Positions 28,902-39,198 are shown, numbered from the stretch's first letter. The stretch is DNA of 64,000 nucleotides from an uncultured delta proteobacterium (GCA_963848295.1 CAWKDB010000010.1:800001-864000); one strand, 5' to 3'. Notes: generated from the sequence alone by a model not told the origin. Made by a program: numbers and translations.

Positions 28902-30515
28902 GTGACCGACGTGGAACCCGCTGCGAGCTCTCGCCGCACCGTGAGAGCGCTCCTCGGCGGCGCGACGAGCGAGGCCGAAGCGCGCGCGTATCTACAGTCG
29001 CGGCTCGGCGTGTTGCTGCGCTACATGTTCTGGGCGTTCATCGCGCTGCTGCTGTTCCTGCAGCTGTTGTATCGCCGCTATCCCGAGATCGAGCCGCGCC
29101 ACGACGGCTGGGTCGTTTCGATCGCGACCGCAGCGCTGATGCTCGCCGCGTTGCTGTGGCGCGGCTTGCTCGCGCGCAAGCCTCTCGAGCTGCGCGCGCT
29201 GCACGCGATCGATCTGACGTTCACGATCGGCTCCGGCGTCGTGTTCGCGCTCGCCGCGGGCATCGCCTACGATCGGCGACCGTCGGCGTACACGTGCCTG
29301 ATCTACCAGTGCTTCACGTTGCTGACGCGCGCGTTGATCGTGCCGAGCACCGGCCGACGCACCGCGGTCGTCAGCGCGCTCGCATTTCTGCCGATGACGG
29401 TCGCCGCGCTCGCGCTCGCGTTCGAGACCGAGCAAGAGCTCGCCGGCCCCGCGTACTTCGCCGGCTACTCGGTCGCGGTGGCGGTCACCGTGCTGCTCGC
29501 GGCTTCGGGCTCGCGCATCATCTACGGTCTGCGCCGGCAAGTCAGCGCGGCACGCCAACTCGGTCAGTACACGCTCGAGCGCAAGATCGGCGAAGGCGGC
29601 CTCGGCGCGGTCTACCTCGCGCACCACGTGATGTTGCGCCGCCCCACCGCGATCAAGCTACTGCTCCCCGATCGCGTCGGCGCCGACAACCTCGCGCGGT
29701 TCGAGCGCGAGGTGCAGCACATGGCCGAGCTCACGCATCCGAATACGGTCGCGGTGTTCGACTACGGGCGCAGCCCGGACGGAGTCTTCTACTACGCGAT
29801 GGAGTACCTCGGCGGCGGCATCGATCTCGAGCAACTCGTGCGAGCGCATGGCCAGCAGCCCGCGGGCCGCGTCGTGCCGATCCTCGTCCAAGTGTGCGGC
29901 GCCCTGCAGGAAGCGCACGACAACGGCATCATCCATCGCGACATCAAGCCCGCGAACATCATGCTGTGCGAACGCGGCGGCATGCCCGACGTCGCGAAGG
30001 TCGTCGACTTCGGGCTCGTGAAGGAGATGACGGCGGACACCGGCGCGTCGACTCAGATGATCTTCGGCACGCCGGCGTATCTCGCACCGGAGGCGATCAA
30101 CGAGCCCGCGACGGTCGGGCCACCGGCTGATCTCTATGCGCTCGGCTGCGTCGGCTATTTCTTGCTGACCGGGCGCCGCGTGTTCGAAGGCAAGACCTCG
30201 GTCGACGTCTGCATCCAGCATGTCACGCAACCGGCGAAGCCGCTGTCGCAGCTCCTCCCCGGCGGCGTAGCGCCAGATCTCGAGGCCGTGGTGATGCGAT
30301 GCCTCGCGAAGGCGCCTGACGATCGGTTCGCGAGCGCCGCCGCTCTCGCCGAAGCGTTGCTCGCGCTGGCACCAACGGCCGACTGGACCGATGCCGACGC
30401 CGCCGCCTGGTGGCGCTCGTTCCGGCCGGTCACGGCCGCTCAGACCGAGCGCGAGTCGACGCTCTCGGTCACGATGACCGTCGACTTCGTCCGCCGGGAG
30501 ATCGCACCGCAGTGA
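28902..30515 (+). CDS. Ser/Thr protein kinase with an N-terminal multi-TM sensor domain (copy A)
   Basis: About 6 TM helices; IGEGGLGAVY, TAIK, HRDIKPAN, DFGLVK, GTPAYLAPE. Confidence 0.92.
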   Translation: MTDVEPAASSRRTVRALLGGATSEAEARAYLQSRLGVLLRYMFWAFIALLLFLQLLYRRYPEIEPRHDGWVVSIATAALMLAALLWRGLLARKPLELRALHAIDLTFTIGSGVVFALAAGIAYDRRPSAYTCLIYQCFTLLTRALIVPSTGRRTAVVSALAFLPMTVAALALAFETEQELAGPAYFAGYSVAVAVTVLLAASGSRIIYGLRRQVSAARQLGQYTLERKIGEGGLGAVYLAHHVMLRRPTAIKLLLPDRVGADNLARFEREVQHMAELTHPNTVAVFDYGRSPDGVFYYAMEYLGGGIDLEQLVRAHGQQPAGRVVPILVQVCGALQEAHDNGIIHRDIKPANIMLCERGGMPDVAKVVDFGLVKEMTADTGASTQMIFGTPAYLAPEAINEPATVGPPADLYALGCVGYFLLTGRRVFEGKTSVDVCIQHVTQPAKPLSQLLPGGVAPDLEAVVMRCLAKAPDDRFASAAALAEALLALAPTADWTDADAAAWWRSFRPVTAAQTERESTLSVTMTVDFVRREIAPQ

Positions 30516-32053
30516 CCGAAGCGCGCGAGTACCTCCAGGAACGGCTCGCGCTGCTGTTCCAGCTGATGTTCTGGAGCTTGGTCGCGCTCGTCGCGTACGT
30601 CTGGGTGCAATACGTCGCGTACTCCGAGCACGCGCCGGTCCATCGCAACATCGTCTATGCGGGCTCGTTCGTCGGGCTCGCCACGATGGCGTTCGTGTGG
30701 CGCGGGCTGCTCGTACGGCGCGAGCTGTCGGTCGCGGCGCTGTACCGGATCGACGCGACCTATTCGCTCGGCGTCGGCGCCGCGTTCGGTGCGAGTGCCG
30801 CGTTGCAATCCGACCTGCGGCCGGCCGGTTACATGGCGCTCGTGTACAGCGCGTTCACCGTGTTCGCACGCGCGCTGATCGTACCGAGCAGCGCCCGGCG
30901 CACCGCGGTCGCGAGCTCGCTGACGTTCTTGCCGATGACCGGCGCCGCGCTCCTGCTCGCGACCACGACGACCCAGGAGATGCCGGGCCCGGCGTACTTC
31001 ACCGGTTACCTGATGCTCGGCGTCGTCGCGATCGCGCTGTCGACCGCAGGCTCGCACATCATCTACGGCTTGCGCCGAGAGGTCAGCGCGGCGCAGCAGC
31101 TCGGTCAGTACACGCTCGATCGCAAGATCGGCGAGGGCGGGATGGGGGCGGTCTATCGCGCGCATCACATCATGTTGCGCCGGCCGACCGCGGTGAAGCT
31201 CCTGCTGCCCGATCGGATCGGCACCGACCACCTCGCGCGGTTCGAACGCGAGGTGCAGCACATGAGCCAGTTGACGCATCCGAACACCGTCGCGGTGTTC
31301 GACTACGGCCGCAGCCCGGACGGCGTCTTCTACTACGCGATGGAATATCTGGGAGGCGGCGTCGATCTCCAGAAGCTCGTCCAGCGCCACGGCCCGCAAC
31401 CGTACGGGCGCGTCGCGCGCATCCTCGCGCAGGTGTGCGGTGCGCTCCAAGAGGCGCACGATCGCCAGATCATCCATCGCGACATCAAGCCCGCGAACAT
31501 CATCTTGTGCGAGCGCGGTGGCATGCCCGACGTCGCGAAGGTCGTCGACTTCGGCCTGGTCAAAGAGATCACCGCGGATCCGACGACGTCGCACAGTCAA
31601 GTCGTGCTCGGAACGCCGGCGTACGTCGCGCCCGAGGCCTTCACCGATCCGGACCGCGTCGGACCCGCGGCCGATCTCTACGCGCTCGGCTGCGTCGGCT
31701 ACTTCCTGCTCACCGGCCGGCTCGTGTTCGAAGGCGCGACCGCGGTCGAGCTATGCACCAAGCACGTCATCCAGGCGCCGACCCCACCGTCGCGCGTTGT
31801 CGCGAGCATCCCGGCCGAGCTCGACGCGATCATCTTGCGCTGCCTCGCCAAACAGCCCGCCGACCGCTTCGAGTCGGCGTCCGCGCTCGCGACCGCGTTG
31901 CGGGCGCTGCCTCGAGACCCCAGCTGGAGCGACGCGCGCGCACGCGAGTGGTGGCGCGCGCTCGAGCGCAGCGAGCTGCATGCGGCGACCGAGAGCGTGC
32001 TCCCCACGAAGACCATCACCGTCGACCTCGGCTATCTCGATCCGGCCACATGA
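30512..32053 (+). CDS. Ser/Thr protein kinase with an N-terminal multi-TM sensor domain (copy B, tandem paralog)
   Basis: GTGA overlap with copy A; IGEGGMGAVY, HRDIKPAN, DFGLVK, GTPAYVAPE. Confidence 0.92.
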   Translation: MTEAREYLQERLALLFQLMFWSLVALVAYVWVQYVAYSEHAPVHRNIVYAGSFVGLATMAFVWRGLLVRRELSVAALYRIDATYSLGVGAAFGASAALQSDLRPAGYMALVYSAFTVFARALIVPSSARRTAVASSLTFLPMTGAALLLATTTTQEMPGPAYFTGYLMLGVVAIALSTAGSHIIYGLRREVSAAQQLGQYTLDRKIGEGGMGAVYRAHHIMLRRPTAVKLLLPDRIGTDHLARFEREVQHMSQLTHPNTVAVFDYGRSPDGVFYYAMEYLGGGVDLQKLVQRHGPQPYGRVARILAQVCGALQEAHDRQIIHRDIKPANIILCERGGMPDVAKVVDFGLVKEITADPTTSHSQVVLGTPAYVAPEAFTDPDRVGPAADLYALGCVGYFLLTGRLVFEGATAVELCTKHVIQAPTPPSRVVASIPAELDAIILRCLAKQPADRFESASALATALRALPRDPSWSDARAREWWRALERSELHAATESVLPTKTITVDLGYLDPAT

Positions 32054-32060
32054 CGGTGGC

Positions 32061-32924
32061 TCACCGGCGATCGGAGCCGGCGACGCTCACCGGACACGCG
32101 AGGTAGTAGCCGCGGCCGGGAGCGACTGCGAGCACGGCGGCGATGCCGAGCTCGTCGAGCGCGGCGCGCAACCGGCGCACGACCTGGCGCACGTTCTCTT
32201 CGTTCGCGTACTTCGATTGGAACGGTAGGTCGCGCGCGAGCTGCTTGGTCGGCACGCAACCCCGCACCGTGGACGGCGAGGTCGCCTCTTCGGCGGCGCG
32301 GGCGCACAGCGCGCGCAACAGTTGAAACTCGAGTGGCGCGAGGCCGCGCTCCGACCACTCGGCCGCTCCGGCGGCGCGCGACAGCAGCGAGCCACCGGCG
32401 ACGAGATCGTTGCTGCCGACGACGCATAGCTCGAGCGGTTGGGCTGCGAGGTTGTAGCGAACGAGCGCTGCCCCCGCGCTGCCGGTTGCCATCGACGGCG
32501 CCGCGACCGGCTCGTGGACGACCTCGGCGAGAAACCACAACGCGACCTCGCCGATCTTGATCGCCGACCGGTTCGACAGCACGAGTCTGCCCTGCCCGCG
32601 CGCGCCATCGACGAACGTGCCATTGCGGCTGCCGAGGTCGCGCAGCGTCCAGCCGGCATCGCCCACCTTGAGCTCCGCGTGCTCGCGCGACACCGAGCTC
32701 GCGAGCACGACGAGCTCGCCGTCCTGGCTGCGCCCGATCATGGTCTTTTGCGCGATCGCGTGGGGAGCGCCGAAGCCATCGACGACCCACGCCGCCGCAT
32801 CGGTCGGCTCGACATTCGATCGGACGTGATCGGGAATGAGTCCTTCGCACGGCGCGACTTCGAGCGCGCACGGCCTACACAAGCTCCCAACCTCCGCCGC
32901 AGCACCACAGCACAGACAGGCCAT
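32061..32924 (-). CDS. FHA-domain transcriptional regulator with an N-terminal Zn-ribbon and a C-terminal OmpR-like winged helix
   Basis: CLCC..CRPC; IGRS, SVSREHA, DLGSRNGTFVDG; LAPLEFQLLRAL..NVRQVVRRLRAAL..GRGYYL. Confidence 0.8.
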   Translation of the reverse strand: MACLCCGAAAEVGSLCRPCALEVAPCEGLIPDHVRSNVEPTDAAAWVVDGFGAPHAIAQKTMIGRSQDGELVVLASSVSREHAELKVGDAGWTLRDLGSRNGTFVDGARGQGRLVLSNRSAIKIGEVALWFLAEVVHEPVAAPSMATGSAGAALVRYNLAAQPLELCVVGSNDLVAGGSLLSRAAGAAEWSERGLAPLEFQLLRALCARAAEEATSPSTVRGCVPTKQLARDLPFQSKYANEENVRQVVRRLRAALDELGIAAVLAVAPGRGYYLACPVSVAGSDRR

Positions 32925-33063
32925 GTTCCGGACATCGTACCGCGGCTACGGCGCCGTGCGGGCGCGGCGCACACGTTGTCAGGCCGCGCACGCCGGCCAG
33001 AACGAAAAACGCACGTGGGGCGGCATGCCTCGCACCTCATCTCGTTCTAGCCTCGCTGCGCGA

Positions 33064-33648
33064 TCACTCGTTCGGTTCGGTGACGACTTTCTCGATCCGC
33101 CGGTCGGGCAACAACCACACCGCCGCCGCGCCGACGTAGAGCGCGATCGACACCCAGTGCTCGATCCATGAAAACCCGATGCCGAGCGCGTACGCCACCG
33201 GCGACAGCTTGCCTTTGAGATCGCGCCCGACCGCACGCGCGAGCTCGGCGTCGGTACCGTCGTGGGCGATGATCGCGGTCTGCAGCAAGTAGTAGGCGCA
33301 CGCGGCGAGCAGCAGCACCGCGCCGTACAACGCGGTCGGCAGCGCCGCGCGCGGGTTCTCGCCGAGCCACGATGTCGTCACCGGGATCAGCGACAGGAAG
33401 AACAGCAACGCCAGGTTCGCCCACATGATCCTGCCGTCGACTTGCTTCGCGGCGTGCAGCATGTGGTGGTGGTTGTTCCAGTAGATCCCGACGTAAACGA
33501 AGCTCAGGACGTAGCCGAGGAACACCGGTACGACCGGCGTAAGCGCATGGAGGTCGGCGCCGTGCGGAACTTTGATCTCCAGCACCATGATCGTGATGAT
33601 CACCGCCATGACGCCGTCGGAGAACGCTTCGAGCCGAGCCGTGCCCAC
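33064..33648 (-). CDS. TMEM175 family potassium channel (DUF1211)
   Basis: RLEAFSDGVMAVIITIMVLEI; YVLSFVYVGIYWNNHH. Confidence 0.92.
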   Translation of the reverse strand: MGTARLEAFSDGVMAVIITIMVLEIKVPHGADLHALTPVVPVFLGYVLSFVYVGIYWNNHHHMLHAAKQVDGRIMWANLALLFFLSLIPVTTSWLGENPRAALPTALYGAVLLLAACAYYLLQTAIIAHDGTDAELARAVGRDLKGKLSPVAYALGIGFSWIEHWVSIALYVGAAAVWLLPDRRIEKVVTEPNE

Positions 33649-33739
33649 GCGGCATCCTACCTCGACCGTGGCATGTTAACGTTTCGGCGCCCGCCGACGC
33701 CCGGGCCCGGCGGTCGGGATCGAGAGACAGGATCTGTTC

Positions 33740-34774
33740 ATGGTGCCTCGCCGACGCGACATCACGCTTCACCGCCGGCTGTTGCCGTTCGCGGTAGGCG
33801 CGGTCGTGTGCGTCGCGGCGCTCGCATCGGCGGCCAAGCCAGCACACACGTTCGATGTCGTGACATACACGCCGCCGGACGGCTTCGCGGTCGACGAGAG
33901 CCAGAAGGATCACGTCCTGATCTCGAAGATGGCCGCGAAGACCTACTGCCTGATCGGCATCTACGAATCGACGCCGGCGAGCGTCGATCTCGACGCGAGC
34001 TTCGCTGCGGAGTGGTCGAATGTCGTCACCCACACGATCGATCCGGTCGACGCCCCGAAACCGAATCACACCGATGTCGGCAAGGCGCACGCGGCGGTCG
34101 GCAGCGCGACCAGCACGGCCAGCGGCCGTCCGGTGTTCGGTCAGCTCACGACGATCGACGCCGGGACACGCGTCGTCTCGATCCTCGCGCTCGCGCCGAC
34201 CTCGACAGAGTTCGAGCGGTGCTCGCCGCACCTCGCGACGTTGCTGAAGAGTCTCGTGATCAAGCGAGTCGAGGCGGGATCGGGCTCCGCGCCGGCTAGC
34301 GACGCGGTCGAGATCGACAACCTGCCCGCGCCCGCGCACCCGCTGACGCTCGACGATGTCGTCGGTGATTGGAAGCGCGGCGTCGACGCGACGACACACC
34401 TCGCCGAGATCAAGGCCGGTGCGTACACCGGGTTCGATGCGATGGTCGCGAACCAGAAGTGGTCGATCAGCGGCAAGGGCGTCGTCGATACCGAGTTTCG
34501 CGGGACGAACGCCACCGGCACCAAGCCGGTGATCGAGAAACACACCGCGCTGTTCAGCGTCACCGACGACGGCGAGATCTCGATCCAGTTCAAGCGCGGC
34601 GAAGGCACCGAGGAGCACTACCTGATCCGGGGTTGGCTCGTCACGCGCGACCTCACCGTGCTCCAGGTCGACGGCCCGTACGGTAAGGGCGGCATCCCCG
34701 ACGACGTGCGCAAGCATCCGAGCGCTGTCACGAACGAGTACTGGCTGCGCAAGACCCCGGCAAAGTCGAACTGA
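33740..34774 (+). CDS. Secreted hypothetical protein
   Basis: Signal-peptide-like N-terminus; normal globular composition; ends 1 nt before the kinase start. Confidence 0.6.
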   Translation: MVPRRRDITLHRRLLPFAVGAVVCVAALASAAKPAHTFDVVTYTPPDGFAVDESQKDHVLISKMAAKTYCLIGIYESTPASVDLDASFAAEWSNVVTHTIDPVDAPKPNHTDVGKAHAAVGSATSTASGRPVFGQLTTIDAGTRVVSILALAPTSTEFERCSPHLATLLKSLVIKRVEAGSGSAPASDAVEIDNLPAPAHPLTLDDVVGDWKRGVDATTHLAEIKAGAYTGFDAMVANQKWSISGKGVVDTEFRGTNATGTKPVIEKHTALFSVTDDGEISIQFKRGEGTEEHYLIRGWLVTRDLTVLQVDGPYGKGGIPDDVRKHPSAVTNEYWLRKTPAKSN

Positions 34775-34775
34775 C

Positions 34776-36347
34776 GTGGTCGGCGTCGGCGACCTCATCG
34801 GCGGCAAGTTTCGGGTCGATGCCGTGCTCGGCGCCGGTGGCATGGGCATCGTCGTCGCGGCGAGTCACCTGGAGCTCGGTCACCGCGTCGCGATCAAGTT
34901 CCTGCGCGACGAGATGCTGCAAAACCATACCGTCGTCGAGCGGTTCCTGCGCGAGGCGCGATCGGTGGTCAACCTCAAGACCGAGCACGTGTGTCGCGTC
35001 ACCGATGTCGGTCGCTTCGACAGCGGCGCGCCGTACATCGTGATGGAGCTGCTCGAAGGTGCGGATCTCGCGCGCGTGGTCGCGACGAAGCCGCTGCCGA
35101 TGACGACCGCGGTCGAGTACGTCTTGCAAGCGCTGGTCGCGCTCGCCGAGGCGCACACCGCCGGCATCGTGCATCGCGATCTCAAGCCGGCGAACCTGTT
35201 CGTGACTCGCCGGCTCGACGGAGGCCCGCTGATCAAGGTGCTCGACTTCGGCATCGCGAAGGCGATGGCCGAGACCGGCGCGCAGCTCACGCTCGGTCAA
35301 GGCGCGATGGGCTCCCCGGGGTTCATGTCGCCGGAGCAGTTGCAGTCGCCGCGCGATGTCGACCTCCGGACCGACATCTGGGCGATCGGCGCGACGCTGT
35401 ACCAGCTGTTGTCGGCGCGCATGCCGTATCCGGCCGCGACGCTGACCGAGATCGCGATCCGGATCGCGTCGGAGCCACCCGATCCGCTCGACGTGCCGCC
35501 CGAGTTGCGCTCGATCGTGTTTCGCTGCCTCGACAAGACGCCAGACCAGCGCTACCCGGACGTCGCCGCGCTCGCCGCCGCGCTCGTGCCGTTCGGTGGC
35601 CCGTCGGCGCGTCGGATCGCGACGACCGTGGGCCAGCTCGCGAATCGCCCGCTGGTCCTGCCTCCGATCCCGGCGACGCCATCGCACGTCCGGCGCGATG
35701 CCCCGACCGCGGCTTCGAGGATCGCCGAGACCGTCCCGCAGCCGCGCAAGACCGGTCGCGGTTGGCTCGTCGTGCTCGCGGTGCTCCTCGCTGCGGGAGC
35801 CGGCGCACTCGCCGTCGCGCTCGCGACTCGGACCGCGACGTCGCATCCCGACGGTGGGCTCGTCGCGATCGCGGTCGAGCGCGACGCGCCGCCGCCGCAA
35901 GTCGACGCCACGACCGGCGCGAAGATGACCGCCGGACCGACCGACGCCGCTACAGACCTCCCCGACCTCGGCGACGACGACCTGCTCGACCAGACGGTCG
36001 CCGGTCAGATCGACCAGGCGCTGTCCGGTGAAGCGCCCGCCGACGCAGGCAAGCCCGGCGTCCCTGCGACCCCGCAGATGGACGCGAAACAGATGAAAGC
36101 GTTCGCAGCCTCGGCTCAACGCTCGGCGATCGAGATGGCGAAGATCCAATGCGCGCAGATCCAGACGCCGCAATTCGCGCAGATGATGAAGTCGTACGGC
36201 AAGCAGTTGCTGCAGATCCAAGGGATGTGCGCATGCGTCTCCGGCAATGCCACCACCGCGCGGACGCTGTACGCGAAGATGACGAGAGCAAGCGACAAGC
36301 AGTCGCTGGCCACCTTGTGCAAACAGACCGGGATCACGCTGCCATGA
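34776..36347 (+). CDS. Ser/Thr protein kinase with a TM helix and a small Cys-containing extracytoplasmic domain
   Basis: LGAGGMGIV, VAIK, HRDLKPANLF, DFGIAK, GSPGFMSPE. Confidence 0.92.
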   Translation: MVGVGDLIGGKFRVDAVLGAGGMGIVVAASHLELGHRVAIKFLRDEMLQNHTVVERFLREARSVVNLKTEHVCRVTDVGRFDSGAPYIVMELLEGADLARVVATKPLPMTTAVEYVLQALVALAEAHTAGIVHRDLKPANLFVTRRLDGGPLIKVLDFGIAKAMAETGAQLTLGQGAMGSPGFMSPEQLQSPRDVDLRTDIWAIGATLYQLLSARMPYPAATLTEIAIRIASEPPDPLDVPPELRSIVFRCLDKTPDQRYPDVAALAAALVPFGGPSARRIATTVGQLANRPLVLPPIPATPSHVRRDAPTAASRIAETVPQPRKTGRGWLVVLAVLLAAGAGALAVALATRTATSHPDGGLVAIAVERDAPPPQVDATTGAKMTAGPTDAATDLPDLGDDDLLDQTVAGQIDQALSGEAPADAGKPGVPATPQMDAKQMKAFAASAQRSAIEMAKIQCAQIQTPQFAQMMKSYGKQLLQIQGMCACVSGNATTARTLYAKMTRASDKQSLATLCKQTGITLP

Positions 36348-36502
36348 TCAAGAACCTGATGGTCGCGCTAGCAGTCGCTGCCGCTGCGTGTCACTCGAGC
36401 TCGAGCTCGCCGCCGGGACCTCCGACGATCGACCTCCCCGGCGCGGCGAACGCCGGCAAAGGTGCGCCCGATCGGCTGCACGTCATCCCGCTCGCTATTT
36501 GA
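36344..36502 (+). CDS. Small lipoprotein or truncated lipoprotein remnant (52 aa)
   Basis: ATGA overlap with the kinase; MIKNLMVALAVAAAAC lipobox; stop overlaps the convergent gene end. Confidence 0.4.
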   Translation: MIKNLMVALAVAAAACHSSSSSPPGPPTIDLPGAANAGKGAPDRLHVIPLAI

Positions 36503-38117
36503 CCCTCGCGCCGAGCACCCACGATGGCAGCGCGGCCGACTTGTTCGGCCAGATCGCGAGCACGTCGGCCCCTTTGCCTCGGTCCTTGTCGCGCTTGGTC
36601 GCCCGTTGGTTCTGGCTGTCCGTCGACGTGAACACGACGCCGGGCTTGAGCTCCTTCGCGTAGTCCTTGCTGATCTTGAAGTCGGTCCACGTCGTGTCGT
36701 GCGTGACGACGGCCCACTTGTCACAGATCAGCTCGTACTGGACGCTACCGCTCGACGTGATCGACTCGACGTGCGAGCCGTGATGCTCCTTGACGCAATC
36801 GTTCTGCTTCATCGTCGTCTTCTGGAGCGCGACGATGATCTCGCCGTCCTTGCCCGGCTTGACCGACTTGACCACGCCGCCCGCGGTCGATACCGCGCCG
36901 CCCGAGAAAACGTACGGCCGCGCTCCGAACGACGGGAAGTGCAGCTTGCCGGCATCGAGGTCGTCGAACTTGAAGTCCGCCTTCATCAGCGCCGCCATCG
37001 AAGCGTTACGCGGTCCGCGCTGGCCGGGGACGTTTTGCAAGAACGAGGCGAGAAACGAGCCCGACGGGCGATCGTAGTTGCACAGCACGTACGCGATCGC
37101 CGAGAGGTTGACTTTAGGAATCGAGACCAGCGTCGGACCGGCCTTGGAGCCGAAGCCCTTGAACGGATCGTCGCGCACGTCGTGCATGTCGGCAAACGCC
37201 TTCGCGGGCAACGTCGCGATCGCGTCGGCGAGCGCCGCCTGCGTCTGGTCCTCGCAGCCATCGAGCAGCTTGCGCGAGTGGAACACGGTGCCCGAATCCA
37301 TCTGGAGCGTCAGATCGAGCAGCTTGCCACTCGTGCCGATCGTCTTCTCCCACTCATCCCGCGCCTTCGCGGTGATGGCGAACATCTTCTTGTACTCGTC
37401 GTCGGCCTTGATCAGCTTGAACTTCGCGTCGGTCCACGCCTTGAGCAGCTCGGGATACTCCATCACGGCACGCCAGCGCAGCATCATCTTGATCTCGCCG
37501 GTGTGCTGGGAATCCGCCCGCACCTCCTCGCTGAGCTTCGCCGGGTCGAACGCGTCGACGTCGCCTTGGCAGATCGCCATCTTCGTGGCGTCGTCCTGAA
37601 CGTGCGCGACGTTCTCGCCTTGGAAGCAGTAACTGGTGAGCAGCGCGAGCCGACCGGTCTGCGACAGGCGCGCGCCAAACGCATCGGCGAGGTAGAGCGG
37701 GTCGATCGCACCCGACGAGCCGTTGACACCCGGGAACCCGTCGACGATCGCCTTGTACTGGTCGATCGGGGTGAAGTCCTTGAGGTTCTTCGTCGAGAAA
37801 TCGGCCTTGCCCTCCTGATGACCGTTGACCCACGCCGGCGTATCCGCCCAGTCGGCATCGGTCATGAACAGCTTCTTGCCCCAGGCCTGGCGCGCCTTCT
37901 CGACATCCGCTCGGTGCGGCTCGATGTCAGGATTGTTCGAGCACAGCACGGTGACGATCGCGTGCACCACATCCTCTTGACGATCCGAGCTGAGCCGGCG
38001 CAGATCCTCGCCGTTCGCATCGAACTTCGCGCCGCCGCACCATGCCGGTCCCGCGACCGCAGGCCGAGCCGCTCCGAATAACGCCAGCGCACCTGTGACT
38101 ACAACGACGAGCTTCAT
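36495..38117 (-). CDS. Secreted hypothetical protein
   Basis: RBS GGGGAGG; signal peptide MKLVVVVTGALALFGAARPAVA; strong GC3 codon bias. Confidence 0.75.
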   Translation of the reverse strand: MKLVVVVTGALALFGAARPAVAGPAWCGGAKFDANGEDLRRLSSDRQEDVVHAIVTVLCSNNPDIEPHRADVEKARQAWGKKLFMTDADWADTPAWVNGHQEGKADFSTKNLKDFTPIDQYKAIVDGFPGVNGSSGAIDPLYLADAFGARLSQTGRLALLTSYCFQGENVAHVQDDATKMAICQGDVDAFDPAKLSEEVRADSQHTGEIKMMLRWRAVMEYPELLKAWTDAKFKLIKADDEYKKMFAITAKARDEWEKTIGTSGKLLDLTLQMDSGTVFHSRKLLDGCEDQTQAALADAIATLPAKAFADMHDVRDDPFKGFGSKAGPTLVSIPKVNLSAIAYVLCNYDRPSGSFLASFLQNVPGQRGPRNASMAALMKADFKFDDLDAGKLHFPSFGARPYVFSGGAVSTAGGVVKSVKPGKDGEIIVALQKTTMKQNDCVKEHHGSHVESITSSGSVQYELICDKWAVVTHDTTWTDFKISKDYAKELKPGVVFTSTDSQNQRATKRDKDRGKGADVLAIWPNKSAALPSWVLGARVK

Positions 38118-38144
38118 CAACGCAGACCTCCCCAATGAAGCGCT

Positions 38145-38174
38145 ACGCTACCGAATCCCGACGAGCAAAGTCAA
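38145..38174 (-). promoter_or_regulatory. Putative sigma70 promoter
   Basis: TTGACT-N18-TAGCGT upstream of the RBS of the gene starting at 38117. Confidence 0.5.
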
Positions 38175-38231
38175 CGCGACGAACCGCAGCGCTTGTACGC
38201 GGGCGACAGGCGCGAGACGCTAGCGCACGCA

Positions 38232-39146
38232 ATGGTCCCGGATCCGACTGGGGGCGATCCACTCGATACCGAGGGCGGTCGGGCCGTCGCGGTCGATGTC
38301 GTCGATCTGCTCGAATCCGAGCTCGTGCGGTTCTGTCATCGCGTCCGCCACGACTACGCGATCTCGCTCGATCGCGCGCGCGCCGCGCTTGTCTTGCTGA
38401 CGAAGCTCGTCGCCGCCGGCGTGCAGTGGAACGCGAGCGCGGACTCCGCACCGCGCCAGATCTTCGATCGATTCATCGAGCTCATCACGCGCGCGGAGGC
38501 GACGTGGCCGCCGGGCCTCGCCGAGGCGCTGCACGCGGAGCTCGCCGAGTTCATCGCGGTCACCTCGAGCGTCGCGGTCGCCGCGCCACCCGAGCGGCCT
38601 TCGTTCTCCGAGCTCGTGCGCGATTCCGGGGCCGCGCCCGATGCTTGGTGGTGGGCGAGCCAGTTCGACGATCTCGGCGCGGCGTGGCAGGCGGCATCGC
38701 CTTCGAGTGAACGCTTGATCGAGATCGCGTTCGCGCTCGGCGTCTCCGGGGATGCGGTCGGCCGCTCGCTCGCCGGTGCTCTCGCCGTAGGAGCCGGGCG
38801 CGCGAAGACCAAGCGCACGGCACAGCGCAAGGATCTGGTCACGCTGCTCGGCCGGCTGCAGACCGCGGGCGTCGACGCGCTGGTCAGCGACGGCGGATCG
38901 ATCTCCAAGGTCACCGCGCTCGCGTTCGAGATGATGGCGACCCAAGAGCGCGACGGCATCGCGGAGCTCGCATTGCTGGCGTTTCAACTGATCGAGCTGT
39001 TCCGGATCACGAACCAAACGCCCGATCCCGAACGCTACTGCGACCTCGCTTCGCGCGCGCAGCGGATCCTGATCGGCCAGGGCGTCCAGCTCGCCGGCTG
39101 TCTCAAACGCGATCTCGAGCCCGCGGTCGTCGAGGCGGCGCGATAA
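38232..39146 (+). CDS. Hypothetical alpha-helical protein upstream of the DUF58 operon
   Basis: Long ORF with coding-like codon usage; no motif recognised. Confidence 0.6.
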   Translation: MVPDPTGGDPLDTEGGRAVAVDVVDLLESELVRFCHRVRHDYAISLDRARAALVLLTKLVAAGVQWNASADSAPRQIFDRFIELITRAEATWPPGLAEALHAELAEFIAVTSSVAVAAPPERPSFSELVRDSGAAPDAWWWASQFDDLGAAWQAASPSSERLIEIAFALGVSGDAVGRSLAGALAVGAGRAKTKRTAQRKDLVTLLGRLQTAGVDALVSDGGSISKVTALAFEMMATQERDGIAELALLAFQLIELFRITNQTPDPERYCDLASRAQRILIGQGVQLAGCLKRDLEPAVVEAAR

Positions 39147-39198
39147 CATCGTCGGGGAGGTTTGCGCTTTCGCCAGCTCGTGCGAAAACTTACGGCTG

